From Octopus bimaculoides (lineage: Eukaryota): a DNA stretch of 64,000 nt. The notes beneath the pieces are model-generated. The model had not been told where the DNA came from. It did not search any database and worked only from the letters and a program-made list of their open reading frames with translations. Below are positions 13,624-26,930 of the stretch, in pieces. The stretch spans positions 41,189,022-41,253,021 of the forward strand of contig NC_068982.1 in assembly GCF_001194135.2 (NCBI RefSeq), in the 5' to 3' direction. A program made the translations under genes and the position numbers. How positions within the stretch are numbered: position 1 is the first letter of the stretch; each line of letters opens with the position of its first letter.

Positions 13624-14876
13624 TTGAGTTAGCAAGAAAGTAATTTTGGTTTTTTAGTGTGAAATAAAAATCCTTTTTTTTTTTCATACAAAGAATGAAC
13701 TTCAATCAGTTATATATTTTCCATTTTGTTCAATGACCTTTTGCCATCTTTCTGGTAACTTCATGATTCTGCAATTATAGAACTTCTGGCCCTTATCAGC
13801 CAAAAACTAAAGCAAGTGCAATTTCAGGTCATCATCATTATTGAAAGTTTTACCATTCAAAGAATTTTGCAAACTTCAAAATAAATGGTAATCAGGGCTA
13901 TATGGTGCATGTGACATCACTTCCCAAACAAACTCCAATAATTTTTCACAAGTTAGCAAAGGCATGTATGGTCTAGCATTGTCATGGTCAAACAGGATTC
14001 CTTTATGATTAGCCAATTCTGACCATTTTTCTTTGATTGCTTTCTCCAGTTTCATTAGTTGTTGACAGTAAACATCTGAATTGATTGTTTGGTTCTTTGG
14101 AAGCAGCTCAAAATACACAACACTTTTGTAATCCCACCAAATTGACAGCATGACCTTTTTTATGCAATTCAGCTTTCAATGTGGTCTGTGCTGGTTCATT
14201 ATGTTTGGACCAGGATCGTTTTTCGATTGATGTTATTGTAGACAATCCATTTCTCATCACCAGTGATGATTCGTTTAAAAAAAGGTTGATTTCATTGCGT
14301 TTGAGATGCATATCGCAAATATTGATTCATTTTGTTAAGTGAATCTCTTTCAATTTATGTGGAATCCAAATAGCGAGCTTCTTAACGAGTCTAAGACATT
14401 TTAAATGATTTTCAGTTAAGTGATACATTTAACCTCTCTGCAATCTCTCACACAGTTATATGATAATCAGATTCAATTATGGTTTTGATTTGGTCATCAT
14501 CAACTTCAGTTGGTCATCTTTGAGTGAAAAATCTCCAGAACAGAATTTTTAAAACCATTTCTGACCTATCTGTTCTGTTAAGCAATCAACACCATAAACT
14601 TCACATATCTCTTTGTGAACCTCAGCAGCTTTCTTGCCTTTACAGAAACAAAAAAGCAAAATATGGTGAAAATGTTCATTTTTGCACTCTGTGTTAAAAT
14701 TGATGCTGAACTAACAGCTGTAAACAAAATTACATGCAATTTGCTTCTAAAGTAAGCTAAAAGTAACGGCTATCAAATGTGAAAAGGAAAAAAATCACAA
14801 CATTGTAAAAAGTCATTCAAAAAAATCGTATCTCTATCTATTTGTGAAAAACAAAATTACTTTCTTGCCAACCCAA
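13624..14876 (-). mobile_element. Near full-length decayed mariner (DD34D type) DNA transposon in a TBC intron
   Basis: ~28-bp TIRs (ttg[a/g]gtt[a/g]gcaagaaagtaatttt), TA at both ends (13622-23, 14877-78), 1253 bp; WIPHKL, TGDEKW, HDNA and YSPD..YHLF motifs broken by stops/frameshifts. Confidence 0.93.
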
Positions 14877-14919
14877 TATAATATATATAAAAAATTTTTT
14901 TTTCTTTTTCTTTTTCTAG

Positions 14920-15023
14920 GATATTTACAATATTTAGCAGATCCTTACCCCTTGATGTTGCATGCAGAGTTTGGGATGTTTTTTGCCGAGATGGAGAAGA
15001 ATTTTTATTCAGAACTGCCTTGG
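14920..15023 (+). CDS. TBC1D14: TBC1D14-like exon ([35 protein letters not shown])
   Basis: tttttctag acceptor, gtgagt donor; near-identical to vertebrate segment. Confidence 0.96.
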
Positions 15024-15489
15024 GTGAGTAATATTCACTTGTGTGTAAACACAAGATATAGACCAGTATGGTGTATGTGAATAGTTTTTTTTAAAGTCAG
15101 AATCCTGTTTACTTTGTCACATGGTCTAATCACATGGTCTAATCACTTCATTAGAATTCTCTTAATTTCTCTTTGTTCTGTCTTCCTCTTTTATCTAAAT
15201 ATACAACTATGACTGGCATTCCATCAGTTACACAGACATGTGTACGCTTTATGTAGTTCTCAAGGAGATTGTGTGACACAGAATGTGACAAGGTTGGCCC
15301 TTTGAAATACAGGTACTACTCATTTTTGCCAGCTGAATGAATTGAAGCAACATGAAATAAAGTGTCTTACTCAAGGATACAACACATCACCAGGAATTGA
15401 ACTCACGACCTTGTGATCATGAGCCAAATACCCTAACCATTAATTCACGCACCTTCAATATCTAAATATAACATATCACTAAACTTGGG

Positions 15490-15712
15490 TTCTTTAACAT
15501 TTAAACCAACCATATCTGACTCAAATATTCAGCTTCTTTTATGTTCACACTGGCCAGATCTGGCTTCTCACACCTACCCCATAATGTCATTTTAAAACAA
15601 AATATCACCTCATTGAAATCTCTAAGTTATGAGATATTGCATGGTTAATTCAAAACAATGTGAATAAATAAGCATTACATTTGACTGAGTAATCTGAATG
15701 CTAAACAGTTAA
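15490..15712 (-). mobile_element. piggyBac-like MITE copy
   Basis: Reverse complement of the family consensus. Confidence 0.8.
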
Positions 15713-17006
15713 AAAAAAAGTTCAGTGAGATATTTTTAGTGACACATTTGTGGTTGTTCTGCTTTTGGTTTTTTTTTTTTCTTCAGTTTCACATCATCTA
15801 TTGCCATTCTCAAATGTTGCCTGCTATCTACCATTCCAGTTTGAATAAAGCATTTTTGTTGATCTAGTTCATATTGCCTTCTCATAGCTCAACAACTTCA
15901 ACAAATATTGCTTAACCCTTTAACTGCAAAATTAAATTTCATAGTTATTCTAGTACTGCTGTTAAATGTCTGCCAAAAAATAGAATTGGTATTTTCTACA
16001 AGTCACATTGCCTCAATAAACTTCATATATCTCAGCAAAAAAAAATATATAGTTTCTAATATGACATTCCTCAACAAAAGATAGAATAACATATAAAACT
16101 GTTTTTTTATAGTTAAGAGCAATGAAATTTTGAGTGGATTATCTGATTTCCACAGTGAAAGGGTTCTAATGTTAGGTTGTGATCAATATTTGATTGTGTA
16201 TATCAAATTATTATATCATTTGCATCAAAATTGTGAAAGCACACCAGAACTAACACAGATTACTGTATTTTCCTTAATTCAGCATTCAGGTTAGTAATAT
16301 TTTGAGAGTCATTGTTAATTCTTCTTCTATCTGTACTACAAGTAATATTGAAAAATATTAAACACTGAAATGTGTTATCATGGAAATATAACTGGAATAT
16401 ATTTTAGAAAGAATAACAGAAAAGAGCAAATTATTGTAGTATATATATGTTGTATGTGATTGTTGAAAAATTATGTTATATATTTGTGATAAATTTCAGA
16501 AAGTCTTATATAGAAAACTGCACTCTTTCAATAGTTGTGTATGGTCTGTATTTGAGATGAAAGTTTTCTTGGGGATACTCCTTAATATTGCAATAATAAC
16601 CTTTTATTAAGGGAGGTCGAAATCACATGATCTGGTAGTCTTGGCACTGGCGGTGGCAGGGATTTGTCTCCCTGCTAGCAATATAAAAAAGATTGCATTT
16701 TGTACCAAAAGCCAATATGAGAGTTTTTCCCATGGTAACTACTGCAGTATAGTTTGTTCTAATAGAACATTTAAGTGGAGATAAATAAATATTACCTTTT
16801 ATTAAAATATACTAATGCTAACACTGGAATTCAGTGAGACTTAAAACAATCTGTTGTAAGTTTAAAATCTCCAGTGTATATTGTACTTTTCTTTCTCAAA
16901 AGTTTTTATTTGTTATTATCAAGGACTGTGATAGTACATAATATTTCAATTTTCAAATCTTTATTTTCATTTTTATCCAACTGTATTTTTTAAAAATTTA
17001 TTTCAG

Positions 17007-17209
17007 GGATCTTACACCTCTACCAAAATCTTCTTCTTGAAATGGATTTCATCCATCTTGCCCAGTTCCTTACCAAATTGCCAGAGGATATATCTTCAGA
17101 CCAATTGTTTCGCAGTGTCCAAGCAATTCGGTTGTCTATTGATAAAAAGAAATTTGCTCAAGTACTTGCTGGACATCGAGAAGCAAGAGAGCGATCAGAC
17201 TACTTTTGA
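17007..17209 (+). CDS. TBC1D14: TBC1D14-like terminal coding exon ([27 protein letters not shown]...RERSDYF*)
   Basis: tttcag acceptor; MDFIHxAQFLTxLPED motif; TGA at 17207-17209. Confidence 0.95.
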
Positions 17210-19268
17210 ATTTTTACTCATTGTGATCAAATTTTGTTAACTCTGTTGGACACTGGATTACCATTTTTGTATGCTCTGCTGGATAATGGATAATCTATTT
17301 ATCATGCTGTACTGGACAATGGATTGTTCATTTCTCATTACTGGACACCAGAATCTCCTTCTGCACACACAGACTTGGATTAGAAATGTAACATATGTAA
17401 TTCACTTCTAGTGATGCTAACCAAGCAAAGAATATTACTTTATGACCATTCATCATTGTAGGGCTCTATGGAATTCATTGACACTTCTGCTTCTTAAAAT
17501 AGATGAAACATTTCCCTTCACTGCAACAGAAGCAGCAAATTGTAATAATTTACTTGAACTACTCTTTCAACAGATGATGTTTACAATATCTTCCCTATTC
17601 CCAACATAATCACAGTTCCTTGAATAGGGGGCAGGAATATGTTTACAATATTCCTCTTATTTTGTATATGTTCCATTTTATTAGGAATTTATTTGTTTCT
17701 ACATCATTTTTTTTTTCTAAAATTAATTTCTGCAGATTTTTCTTCACTTCAGTTTGCCTTTATTACATTTTAAACATTTGATACTTAGATATCTAGATTA
17801 TCTTTAATATTTATACTCACTGAGTTTTCCTCTCTATTATATTTATTTTGTTTGTTTTTGGAATTTAAAAAAAAAATTTTCTGTGTTAAGTGCATTTTTT
17901 TTTAAAGTTGATACCCACCGTTATATCTTGTACCTGGTGTTTCTATACCAGTTTGAACATTGCTAAGTTGACAGCCATTAAAATTTTATCTTCTATCAGA
18001 ATAAACCCATTAGAAGAAATTGTTGGAGGCCTTGCTGTATTACAAGAAATTTAATGCAACTATGATCCTTGCTAAAAAAAAAAAAAACTCTTTTAGAAAT
18101 ATGGGACATTTTGTGTGAATCATTTCTTCTGGTGGATGTGTTCAAGACTGAAAATACAATGCCATATTTACAGGGTTTTATATACATGTATATATATATT
18201 AGTTGCTGGTATTTATAATTACTAATACTTTGCTCCTTGTCATTGTTGCTTATATTTAGTTAATGACAACAAATGATAAATGCCAATTCCTTAGAGGGTT
18301 GAATCTGGTTGTGTACTTCACTCAGGAAAACTGCTGTTGGTTGCCATTATGTATATTTTCCCCAACCACCCATCTCATTCCTAAAATATTAACTTGATTA
18401 ACTCAATCAGTATTTTTTGGCCTACCTGTTGTTGCAATCACTAGACAATTAATTCTTCAGTAATGGCAATTTATATCATTTCATCTAATTCTAAGAGAGC
18501 AATAATCTGGCTAGTTTTGCTTTTTATGTTTACAAATAAGAATTTTAAACCAATGTTCAATGTTTAATATTGGTTCTTAGACGACCAATGTTTAATATTG
18601 GTTCTTAGACGACCAATGTTTAATATTGGTTCTTANNNNNNNNNNACCAATGTTTAATATTGGTTCTTAGACGACCAATGTTTAATATTGGTTCTTAGAC
18701 GACCAATGTTTAATATTGGTTCTCTTTCCAACTTGTAAAAAACCCTGATGCTGTTATAAAATAATTTCAAGTTATCAAGTTATTCTGGAATAATCATTTT
18801 ATTTAGCTTCTGTTAGTCAAACAAGCCGTTATAAAATAACAAGATAAACTAACCTAGTTTGTTTGTTTTTGTTTTTGTTTTTTATTAGTTTTAATATTTA
18901 CAGTTTATCCACTTTTATTTTTGTTCTTCAAAAGAAAATGAGAAAATGAACTGATGCTTCATCTTTTCTCTCTCTCTTTACTTTTTCCCTGTCTTATACA
19001 CACATATGAAAAGGGTTGTGGACTATAGTTGTTATTGTTTGTCTTTGTTAGTTGTCTGTTTGCTTTTATTTCCACTTGGTTTTTCTGATAGCAGACTACT
19101 TTGAAGATAAAACTTCAATGGCTACAATAATTAACATTGTAATATTTTTTCATAATTTGGAAAATGATTATGGCATTTCCTTTTCCAGTTTGAGATTACT
19201 TGTATAACATATTTGACTGTCACAAAGCAGTTAACAATAATGAAAGGGCCTTTAGGCAGCTTGTTTTA

Positions 19269-19302
<34 letters not shown>

Positions 19303-20090
19303 ATACTAATAAAGGACTGAAATTCTATCTCTGAAACATCTATAAAAACTTGATATTTGTGCTATTTTGTTAATTCTAATATTTCTGCCAGCAGATTAGC
19401 AGGATATATGCACTACAAATATGCCATATTTTTCTAGTTGGATGACATACCAAAACCTTCAATAATGTTGGTATATTTGGGCGGTGGGGTTCAACCTTGC
19501 CCTAACCAACAGCAGCTTGTTGGACTAGAAGAGAAAAATCATAAAAATATAAAAACTTTTCCATGTTTTACAAGTTAAATGACTGTTGATAAAACATGAC
19601 ATCTCAAACAGGTCAAGGAATTTATATGACTTTTGCTACAGATTGGCAGGAAATATTCCTAATAACATTAAACTATGAACAAAATATATAGCAATAGTCA
19701 TTATTTCAAATGAAACCATTGAAAATTCCATTCTATTTTTATTTTATTTTACTTGAGGAAATGTATGAAAAAAATTAATAATAATGCCTTGGTGATGCTG
19801 CTAATACTGTTTGGTTAGCTTTGTTAAGAGTGACAACTGCTGGAGGCTGAAACATTGGAGCAGTGTGCTTCCCTCTTGCTGCATCACCACTTTTTCAGAA
19901 TACTCACTGACAGCTGTGTGTGATTTTTTTAATGTGTGTTGTGTGTTTGCATTAAAGTTTTTACACACTATTTCATTGTTATCCAAATTTGTATTCTTTT
20001 ATTTAAAAAAAAAAAAATTATGTTTTCCTTTCCTCCCATAGCATTATTATAAATTGTATAAATAAAGTTTTTTGATTTATAAGTTGCCAG
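17210..20090 (+). other. Putative long 3' UTR of the TBC gene
   Basis: ~2.9 kb of unique AT-rich sequence without recognisable SINE/MITE copies; AATAAA at 19308-19313 and 20061-20066, the latter followed by a T-rich tract. Confidence 0.5.
18558..18723. repeat. 28-bp tandem repeat (accaatgtttaatattggttcttagacg), ~6 copies interrupted by a 10-N gap
   Basis: Identical units read directly; no spacers. Confidence 0.9.
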
Positions 20091-21416
20091 GATGTGCAGC
20101 TGAAGATTCCCTCACCATTTGATGTGATAAAACAGTTATCTGTGAGTTATTTTTGCAGCAAATGCTTTGGTAGCAGCACTTCCGTAGAGCCTAGCCTTTC
20201 AGCTATGAAACCAACAATCCATTTTATCTCCTTGTGTTGCAACTGCCAATGTCCAGTGGTGCCAGATTACATCAGTTCTGCAGCTGAGCATGTCCAAATA
20301 TCTTTCCATTATCAACCAGAATCTCTCTCTGTACAAGACAAATTAACAAGAATTAAAGTTTTACAATATTCTTACTAGCAGATTTGTTGATTGCTGTAAT
20401 GATTATTTAAAATCAAAATCAAAGGAAAATTACTTTTTTTTTTTTTTTTTTTTTTGACATTGTTTCTTTTTCTGAAATGCTATTAATAATTGGTTGAAAT
20501 ATCCAATCATAACTTGAGGACTAATTAATATAATACCAGATCTATCATTTCCTAATTGAAATGACAATAATGTTATTGAGGTAATAAAGTGAACATGACA
20601 AACCACCCTTACAGAAAGTCATAGCATAAACAGAGAAAAATCTACAGACATATTGAGAGAATAACTTTGTAAGTAAGCAAACATTCCTTATAACAGATAA
20701 ACAATAGCACATTTATTGGATCCCTGTTCTTTCTAATCTGCCATGGTCTATTTGGGCAGTAGTCTCAATCAATTGCCCAGTTTCTGAGGAGCACCTAAGG
20801 GAGTTAACTCTGTTGCAAGTATTCAAACCAAGTCTCCATAGTTAGATTTTATTCTACTTGTCTTCAAAAGTGCAGAAGCTCCTGGACTATTTGTTTACAG
20901 GGAAATACAACAAACATCACCGCCTATAGCTCAGTGCTATTTTTTTTTATATGGAATCACAGAATGTAAACATTCACACACATGTACATATGAAAGTTGT
21001 CTAAGAATTCATGAGTCAAAAAAAACATGCACCTATATATATATCAATAGAGTGGATATATTAACGTATACAGTATTATAGCTCCATTTCGCATTGAGTA
21101 TTAAACAACAGTACAATTAAGTAACACCACATACTCTTCAAAGTATGCATATGTGTGTGTATTTGTGTATGTATGCACATATATGGGTATAAGGGCATAA
21201 GTATATGGGTATATGTGCATATATATATATATGTGTGTGTGTATGTGTATGTATGCATATATATGGGTATAAGTGTATGTATATATATATATATATGCGT
21301 GTGTGTATAATAATTGATGAAAGCAACAAAAGATAGATTTAGCATTGATTCTTATTCAATACGATGATTGTTTCAACCCATCCTGCAACTGTCCATTATG
21401 GGTAGGATTTTGTGTC

Positions 21417-21453
<37 letters not shown>

Positions 21454-21959
21454 GATGGGCTTTGTACATTTTCTGCAGTTTCCATCCATCAAATTCATTC
21501 ATTAAGTATTGGTTAACCTGAGGCTATAGTAGAAGACACCCAACACTGCACCACAGGATTGAACTCAAAACGGCATGCTTGTGAAATGAAATTCTTAACC
21601 ATACAGCCAAGCTTGCACCTAAAAACATATATATGGAGATATCCTTCCTATTTAGATATCTTAAATAATTTCAGTAAAAATGCTTTACCTTCAGCTATAA
21701 TACAAACTCAATTAAATACACTACATATACATGTTAAATTCTTGATTCTTATAAGATTTATTTTTCCCCTCATAGCAACATACTTTCAAAACATCAAGAT
21801 AGTTTTTCTATCTAAGAAGAAAAAGAAATAAAATTGCTTTGACTTTTTTTTTCTCTAAATGTTATCAAATTGTTACTTTCTTTTTCAATTTTATATTGTT
21901 CTTTCATTGAAATTTAATTTTAGATCATGAATTAGAACTTGTAATAATAAATCATTATG

Positions 21960-22340
21960 AATAGGCATGGCTATGCGGTAAGAAGCTTGCTTTGCCACCA
22001 CATAGTTACGGGTTCAGTCCCACTGCATGGAACCTTGAGCAAATGTCTCCTACTACAGTTGCAGGCCAACCAAAGCTTTGTTAGTGGATTTGGTAGGTGG
22101 AAACTGAAAGAAGCCTGTCATATATATATATATATATGTTTTTGTGGCCAGGTTTTGGTCCCCACCACTGCTTGACAACAGGTGTTGGTGTGTTTACCTC
22201 CCAGTTTGGCCTATGAAATTGGTAGAATAAGTACCAAGCTTGTAAAAAAAAAAAAGAGTACTGGGGTTCAATTCACTTTCCTAAAAGTTCAAGATAGTGC
22301 CCCAGCATGGCCACAGTCTAATGATTGAAACAAGTAAAAG
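21960..22340 (+). mobile_element. SINE family A copy
   Basis: Full head, core and tail. Confidence 0.82.
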
Positions 22341-22643
22341 ATAATACAATATACTAAGAGAAAATTATTGGCTTTTAATATCAACAAATTAGATTGAAAA
22401 TAGGGGCCCAATAATGCTAAGTATCCGATAACAATGCCACAGTCGTCATCATCATCATCATAATGGTTTTGCATATTTTTTTTTGTTCTTTTTCTCTTTC
22501 TTTGTGCTGCCATGTGTTAGACAGGTCTGCTTCAGCTCAGTTACTGACCATTTCTTGCAGTCTCCATTGTAAGATCAAACTTCACAATCTTTCCCTTGGT
22601 CTTCCTAATCTCAGAGAACATCTTGAAGAAATATGTTCTAAAG

Positions 22644-23113
22644 TTAAATCCTCCAGCATTTAAACTGGCGAAAATATTCTACCTAGTGTGTGCACAAACT
22701 GACCTCTCACAGTAACCCTACAGTGTCATTCTAAAGATTACAGTTACATTGTCAAAATCTCAAAGCTACAAGATAATGCATGATTAATTCAAAACTAAAC
22801 AAATAAGCATTACATTTGACTGATTAATGTGAATGCTAAAGGGTAAAACTTTGGAAAAAATATTTAGAAAAATCTCTGCTTACTATTGCCAAGTATATGT
22901 ATGCAAACTGGCCATATTTGGCCTAAATATTCTACTTCCTTTATGTTGAAACCAGCCAAATATAGCCACTTACACCTACCCAATGATAACATTCCCAAAG
23001 TAAAGCGTCACGTCACAGGAATCTCAAAGCTACAAGATAATGCATGACTAGTTCAAAACAATGTGAATAAATAAGCATTACATTTGACAGTAATCTGAAT
23101 ACAAAAGAGTTAA
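22644..23113 (-). mobile_element. Two tandem piggyBac-like MITE copies
   Basis: Two direct copies ~22644-22846 and ~22903-23113. Confidence 0.78.
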
Positions 23114-23218
23114 AGTAAATACATCATTAAAAGGTAAATTTACTTTGGTATATGTCCAGACATAGCCTCCCTTATGGACATACTGTGTTCAAAAGCAATA
23201 TATATATATATATATATA

Positions 23219-23447
23219 AATTTAGTAAATGGAGTAATACGCATATGTTAAATGAATTCTTTTATTTCCAACATTCGGTTAAAATGTCTTATGGTTAAGC
23301 TGGTTCCTATGTATTTCCCTGAAGCGAAGATTACATCTTTATCAACATCACCTATTCCTTTGGAAGGAACCATTTGTAATCTTCAAAACATATGTTGGAA
23401 ATAAAAGAATTCATTTAACATATGCGTATTACTGCATTTACTAAATT
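23219..23447. repeat. Long inverted repeat: 56-bp arms (1 mismatch), 117-bp spacer
   Basis: aatttagtaaatggagtaatacgcatatgttaaatgaattcttttatttccaacat / atgttggaaataaaagaattcatttaacatatgcgtattactgcatttactaaatt. Confidence 0.92.
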
Positions 23448-24061
23448 GCCCAAAATTACAGGGAGTTTCTACCTCATAAACAGGAGTTACAGCACAGTCA
23501 TTTTGTGATCTTTGCTACCCTGGTATCTATTAACCAATTTATTTTGTCGGAGTTAATTATTAACCAAGAGAAAATAAATACATATAATATCTATATGAAA
23601 GGGAGACAAAAATCATCCCAGCAGCAACAAAACAAGAATGCTAAATGCATTTTGGCCTCATTGGGTCTTGTCAATGGTATGTACTCACAACCAGCCACAT
23701 ACTTAGATGAAGTTTTGCCACCTTTGATAGATAGAAAAACAGTGAAAAACATTCACTGGTATTGCAAATAGCCACCCTTATTTTTTATGTTTATGTATTT
23801 GTTCTGCAAGATTCTTGATGTGAAATTGTGTTGAAACAGATATTGTTATATTTGGGGATGGTCATATTCTTACCATTTATACACACACTATACATACTTG
23901 ATCTTCACTTCAGCTTTATTATTATTATTCTCTCCACAAATTTCAGGCCTTGTGCCTTTAGTAGAAAGGATTATTATTATTATTATTATTATTATTAAGG
24001 TGATTAGCTGGCAGTATTGTTAGCACGCTGGACAAAATGCTTAGCGGTATATATATATATA

Positions 24062-26205
24062 TCCTCATCATCATCATTTAATGTCCGTTGTCCGTGCTGG
24101 CAAGGTTTTCTACAGATGGATGCCCTTCCTAATACCAACGACTCCAAGAATGTAATGAGTGCTTTTACATGCCACTAGCACGGGTACCATTTGTATGACA
24201 CGGGGGTGCTTTTACATGCCACCAGCATGGGTGCCCATTTGCATGACACCGGTATCTGTCACGACTGCGATTTTGCTCGGCTTGATGGGTCTTCTCAAGC
24301 ACGACATAATGCCAAAGGTCTCAGTCATTGCCTCTGTGAGACTCAAAGAGCATGCTTTTCCACCTTGTCCTGTCTTCTTGGGACTACCTGTACCACAGGT
24401 TCTCTCCACAGTTAGAGATTGGCACTTCTTTACATAGCTGTCCTCGTCCATGTGCATCACATAACCATACCAGCACAGTCGTCTCTCTTGATCCTTATAC
24501 TCTGTCGAACATGCACATCCAGTGAAGCATACTGGCTTCATCTCTTTCAAGCCTATGCATGTCCTTGGTTGTCACAGCCATGTTTCACTGTCATGCAGCA
24601 TAGCTGTTCGCAAACAGCCTAATCTTATTCTCACAGCAATGCTCCTGGAGCATCCACCTCCACTAATAACTTGATCACCTATCTACTATCTCTAGCTTGT
24701 CCCACTAGCAGTTGATGGAGTCTATTTTCTGCCCATTTTCAGTGTTTATTGTACCTGAGCATCTTCCACATACAAAAGCTAGCTTTCCTGTTAACCTTCC
24801 TCTGATATTGCAGCACCTTTTATGTGTCCAAAGCATACACTGGGTGCATCTTATGGAGTTTCTACCTACACCTTTTCTACAGACTGAAGGGGTTTGTGAT
24901 TTGCCTTCTTATTTACTAAGACTTTGGTTTTTGCTAGGTTAACTCTAAGACCCTTTGATTCTAGACCTTACTTCCATACCTGGAACTTCTCTTGTTCAAG
25001 TAGTGATTCAGCTATAAGAGCAAGGTCATCAGCTTGGAGGAACTCCCAGGGGCAGCCTGTTTTGAATTCCTCTGTTATTGCCAAGAGGACTATGATGTAC
25101 AAGAGGGAGCTGAGCACAAATCCTTGGCGAATATCTACTTGTACCCCCTGAATTCTTTGCTGTACTCAGTGCCAACCCTTGCCTTACTGGTAGCATCCCT
25201 GTACATGGCTTGTATAGCTCTCACCAGTCACTCATCTATCCTTAGTTCCCACATTGACCACCAGATAAGGGATCAGGGGATCATGTCAAAGGTTTTCTCC
25301 AAGTCAACAAAGGACAAGTATAAAGCTTTATCTTTGGCTAGGTATTTCTCCTGCAGTTGCCTTATCAGAAATATAGCATCAATGGTGCTTCTCCCTGGCA
25401 CAAAACCAAACTGTATCTCATCTAAGCCATTAATTGGGCTATGACTCTCTCTGTAACTTTCATCACCTGATACCTCTATAATTATTTCTTTCTAAGGCAT
25501 CACCTTTACCTTTGTAACAGTTGACTATGGTGCTGCTACACCAATCATTGTGTATGACCCCTTTGTGAACCCCTGATTTTATAATACAGGTGACCCATAC
25601 TGCCAGATATTTTAAGCATCTCAGCAGAGATTCTTGATGGGCTGGGGGCTTTTCCTGTCTTCTTATCCTTAATTGCTTTATCTACCATGGAACTGTTGAC
25701 TTGGGCTGCTGGTCCCTCAACTGGGTCAACATTTGGCAGACTCTCCTCTTCTCACTCATTCTCTACATTCAGCAGTCTTTCATAATAGCATTTCCAAGCC
25801 TCTTTCTTTGCAGAATCATTACATGCAAGTGCACCATCATCCATATGGACACAGTTCTCTCCTGTGATATCACAATTTTCTCTCACAAACTGTCGTGCAA
25901 TCTGAAACAACTCAGTTCTTTCGTCCTCATATCGGCAAACTTTTTTTTTCTGGTTCTCCTTGGCTAGACATGCTTGTCTCCTAGCATGCCTTCTGGCAAT
26001 CTGATACAGTTCCCTGCTACCCACATTCTTCCAGGCTTGTTTCTTAGCTCTAATGGCCCTGTCTACCACATCGTTCCACCACCACCACCCTAGGTTTGGA
26101 TGGGACTTTACACCAGTTACAGATTTGGTCTGTGGCACTCAGCAAGCTGTCCCCTCAGTTGCCCTCTACCTCACAAATCTGTACCTCCTCCTCCCTTTCA
26201 TTGAA
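24062..26205 (-). mobile_element. 5'-truncated RTE-clade LINE remnant with (GAT)n tail
   Basis: Degenerate RT segment CPWEFLQADDLALIAES...GLRVNLAKTKV near 24925-25050; WWNDVVDRAIRAKK linker; tail revcomp catcatcat at 24062. Confidence 0.88.
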
Positions 26206-26616
26206 TTTCTCAGTTAGGATGACACTAAATCACTAACCATATGAAGGGTCCTTAAGCTTCCAAATCCTTCTTTTCCAGATTGGTTTATTTCTTGGAATCC
26301 TTCTGGCCTGGAGTCTAAAGTCACTAATGTATATATATATATATATATTGAAATACATAAACAAATACGATACCACATAAACTCTCAATGTATTAAACGT
26401 TATCTCTGCTATTACTAAATGGCAATAGATAACAGCTCCACATGACAAGGGGAGATAATCTCAAGAATTCACCATAGTTGATATGCTAGTATGGAAAAGG
26501 ACAGTCTTGGATGTGCACATATATAAATGTGTGCGTATGTATATATATGGGGTATATCTTGTATGTACAATTAAATGTATAAGTGCAACTGATGAGTTTA
26601 GAGCTTCTTATAGATT

Positions 26617-26930
26617 AGTAGTTTTCAACGGAGATCCATGTAAGATTTTTAGAGGTCCACACAGGAGAATAGTAAACTGGGGATCCCCAATAGTATTTCA
26701 AGGGCCCTTGAACATTTTCGTTTTATGCATTGCCAGAAACAGTTAGGTTTCTTTCTGTAACATTTTACCAAGTTCAACCCATCCAAGTTAATGTGTGAAA
26801 AACAAAATCAGAATTTCAAAGGAAGTTTCTTTGAAACTAATTTTTAAGCATCAAATGGCTAGGGGTGTTCCCAGAATAAAACAATAATCAAAGGAATCCA
26901 TAGACAAAAAATGGTTGAGAATGCATAATA
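26617..26930. mobile_element. Degenerate hAT-like MITE
   Basis: tagtagttttcaac ... ggttgagaatgcat decayed TIRs. Confidence 0.4.

Larger units (their letters stand above)
800..17209 (+). other. TBC1D14: Gene model span (3' part, 8 coding exons) of TBC1D12/TBC1D14-type Rab GTPase-activating protein; 5' exons lie upstream of the window
   Basis: join(800-906,5287-5364,6938-7032,7800-7871,9852-9980,11190-11299,14920-15023,17007-17209); all GT-AG introns, all phases compatible; peptide closely follows the vertebrate TBC1D14/12 TBC domain (ELWWxGxPPxVRGKVW...[13 protein letters not shown]...[27 protein letters not shown]). Paralog choice (12 vs 14) cannot be made by eye. Confidence 0.95.

Noticed and set aside
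18558-18723. CRISPR-like array (28-bp partly palindromic repeat)
   Set aside because: Units are contiguous with no spacers, the context is a eukaryotic UTR and there are no cas genes
19852-19873. IRE-like CAGTGT loop in the TBC 3' UTR
   Set aside because: No 5-bp upper stem or bulged C in the canonical geometry
25034-25444. 136-aa plus-strand ORF (also 47742-48206, 51420-51881)
   Set aside because: Antisense or off-frame readings of LINE/SINE remnants
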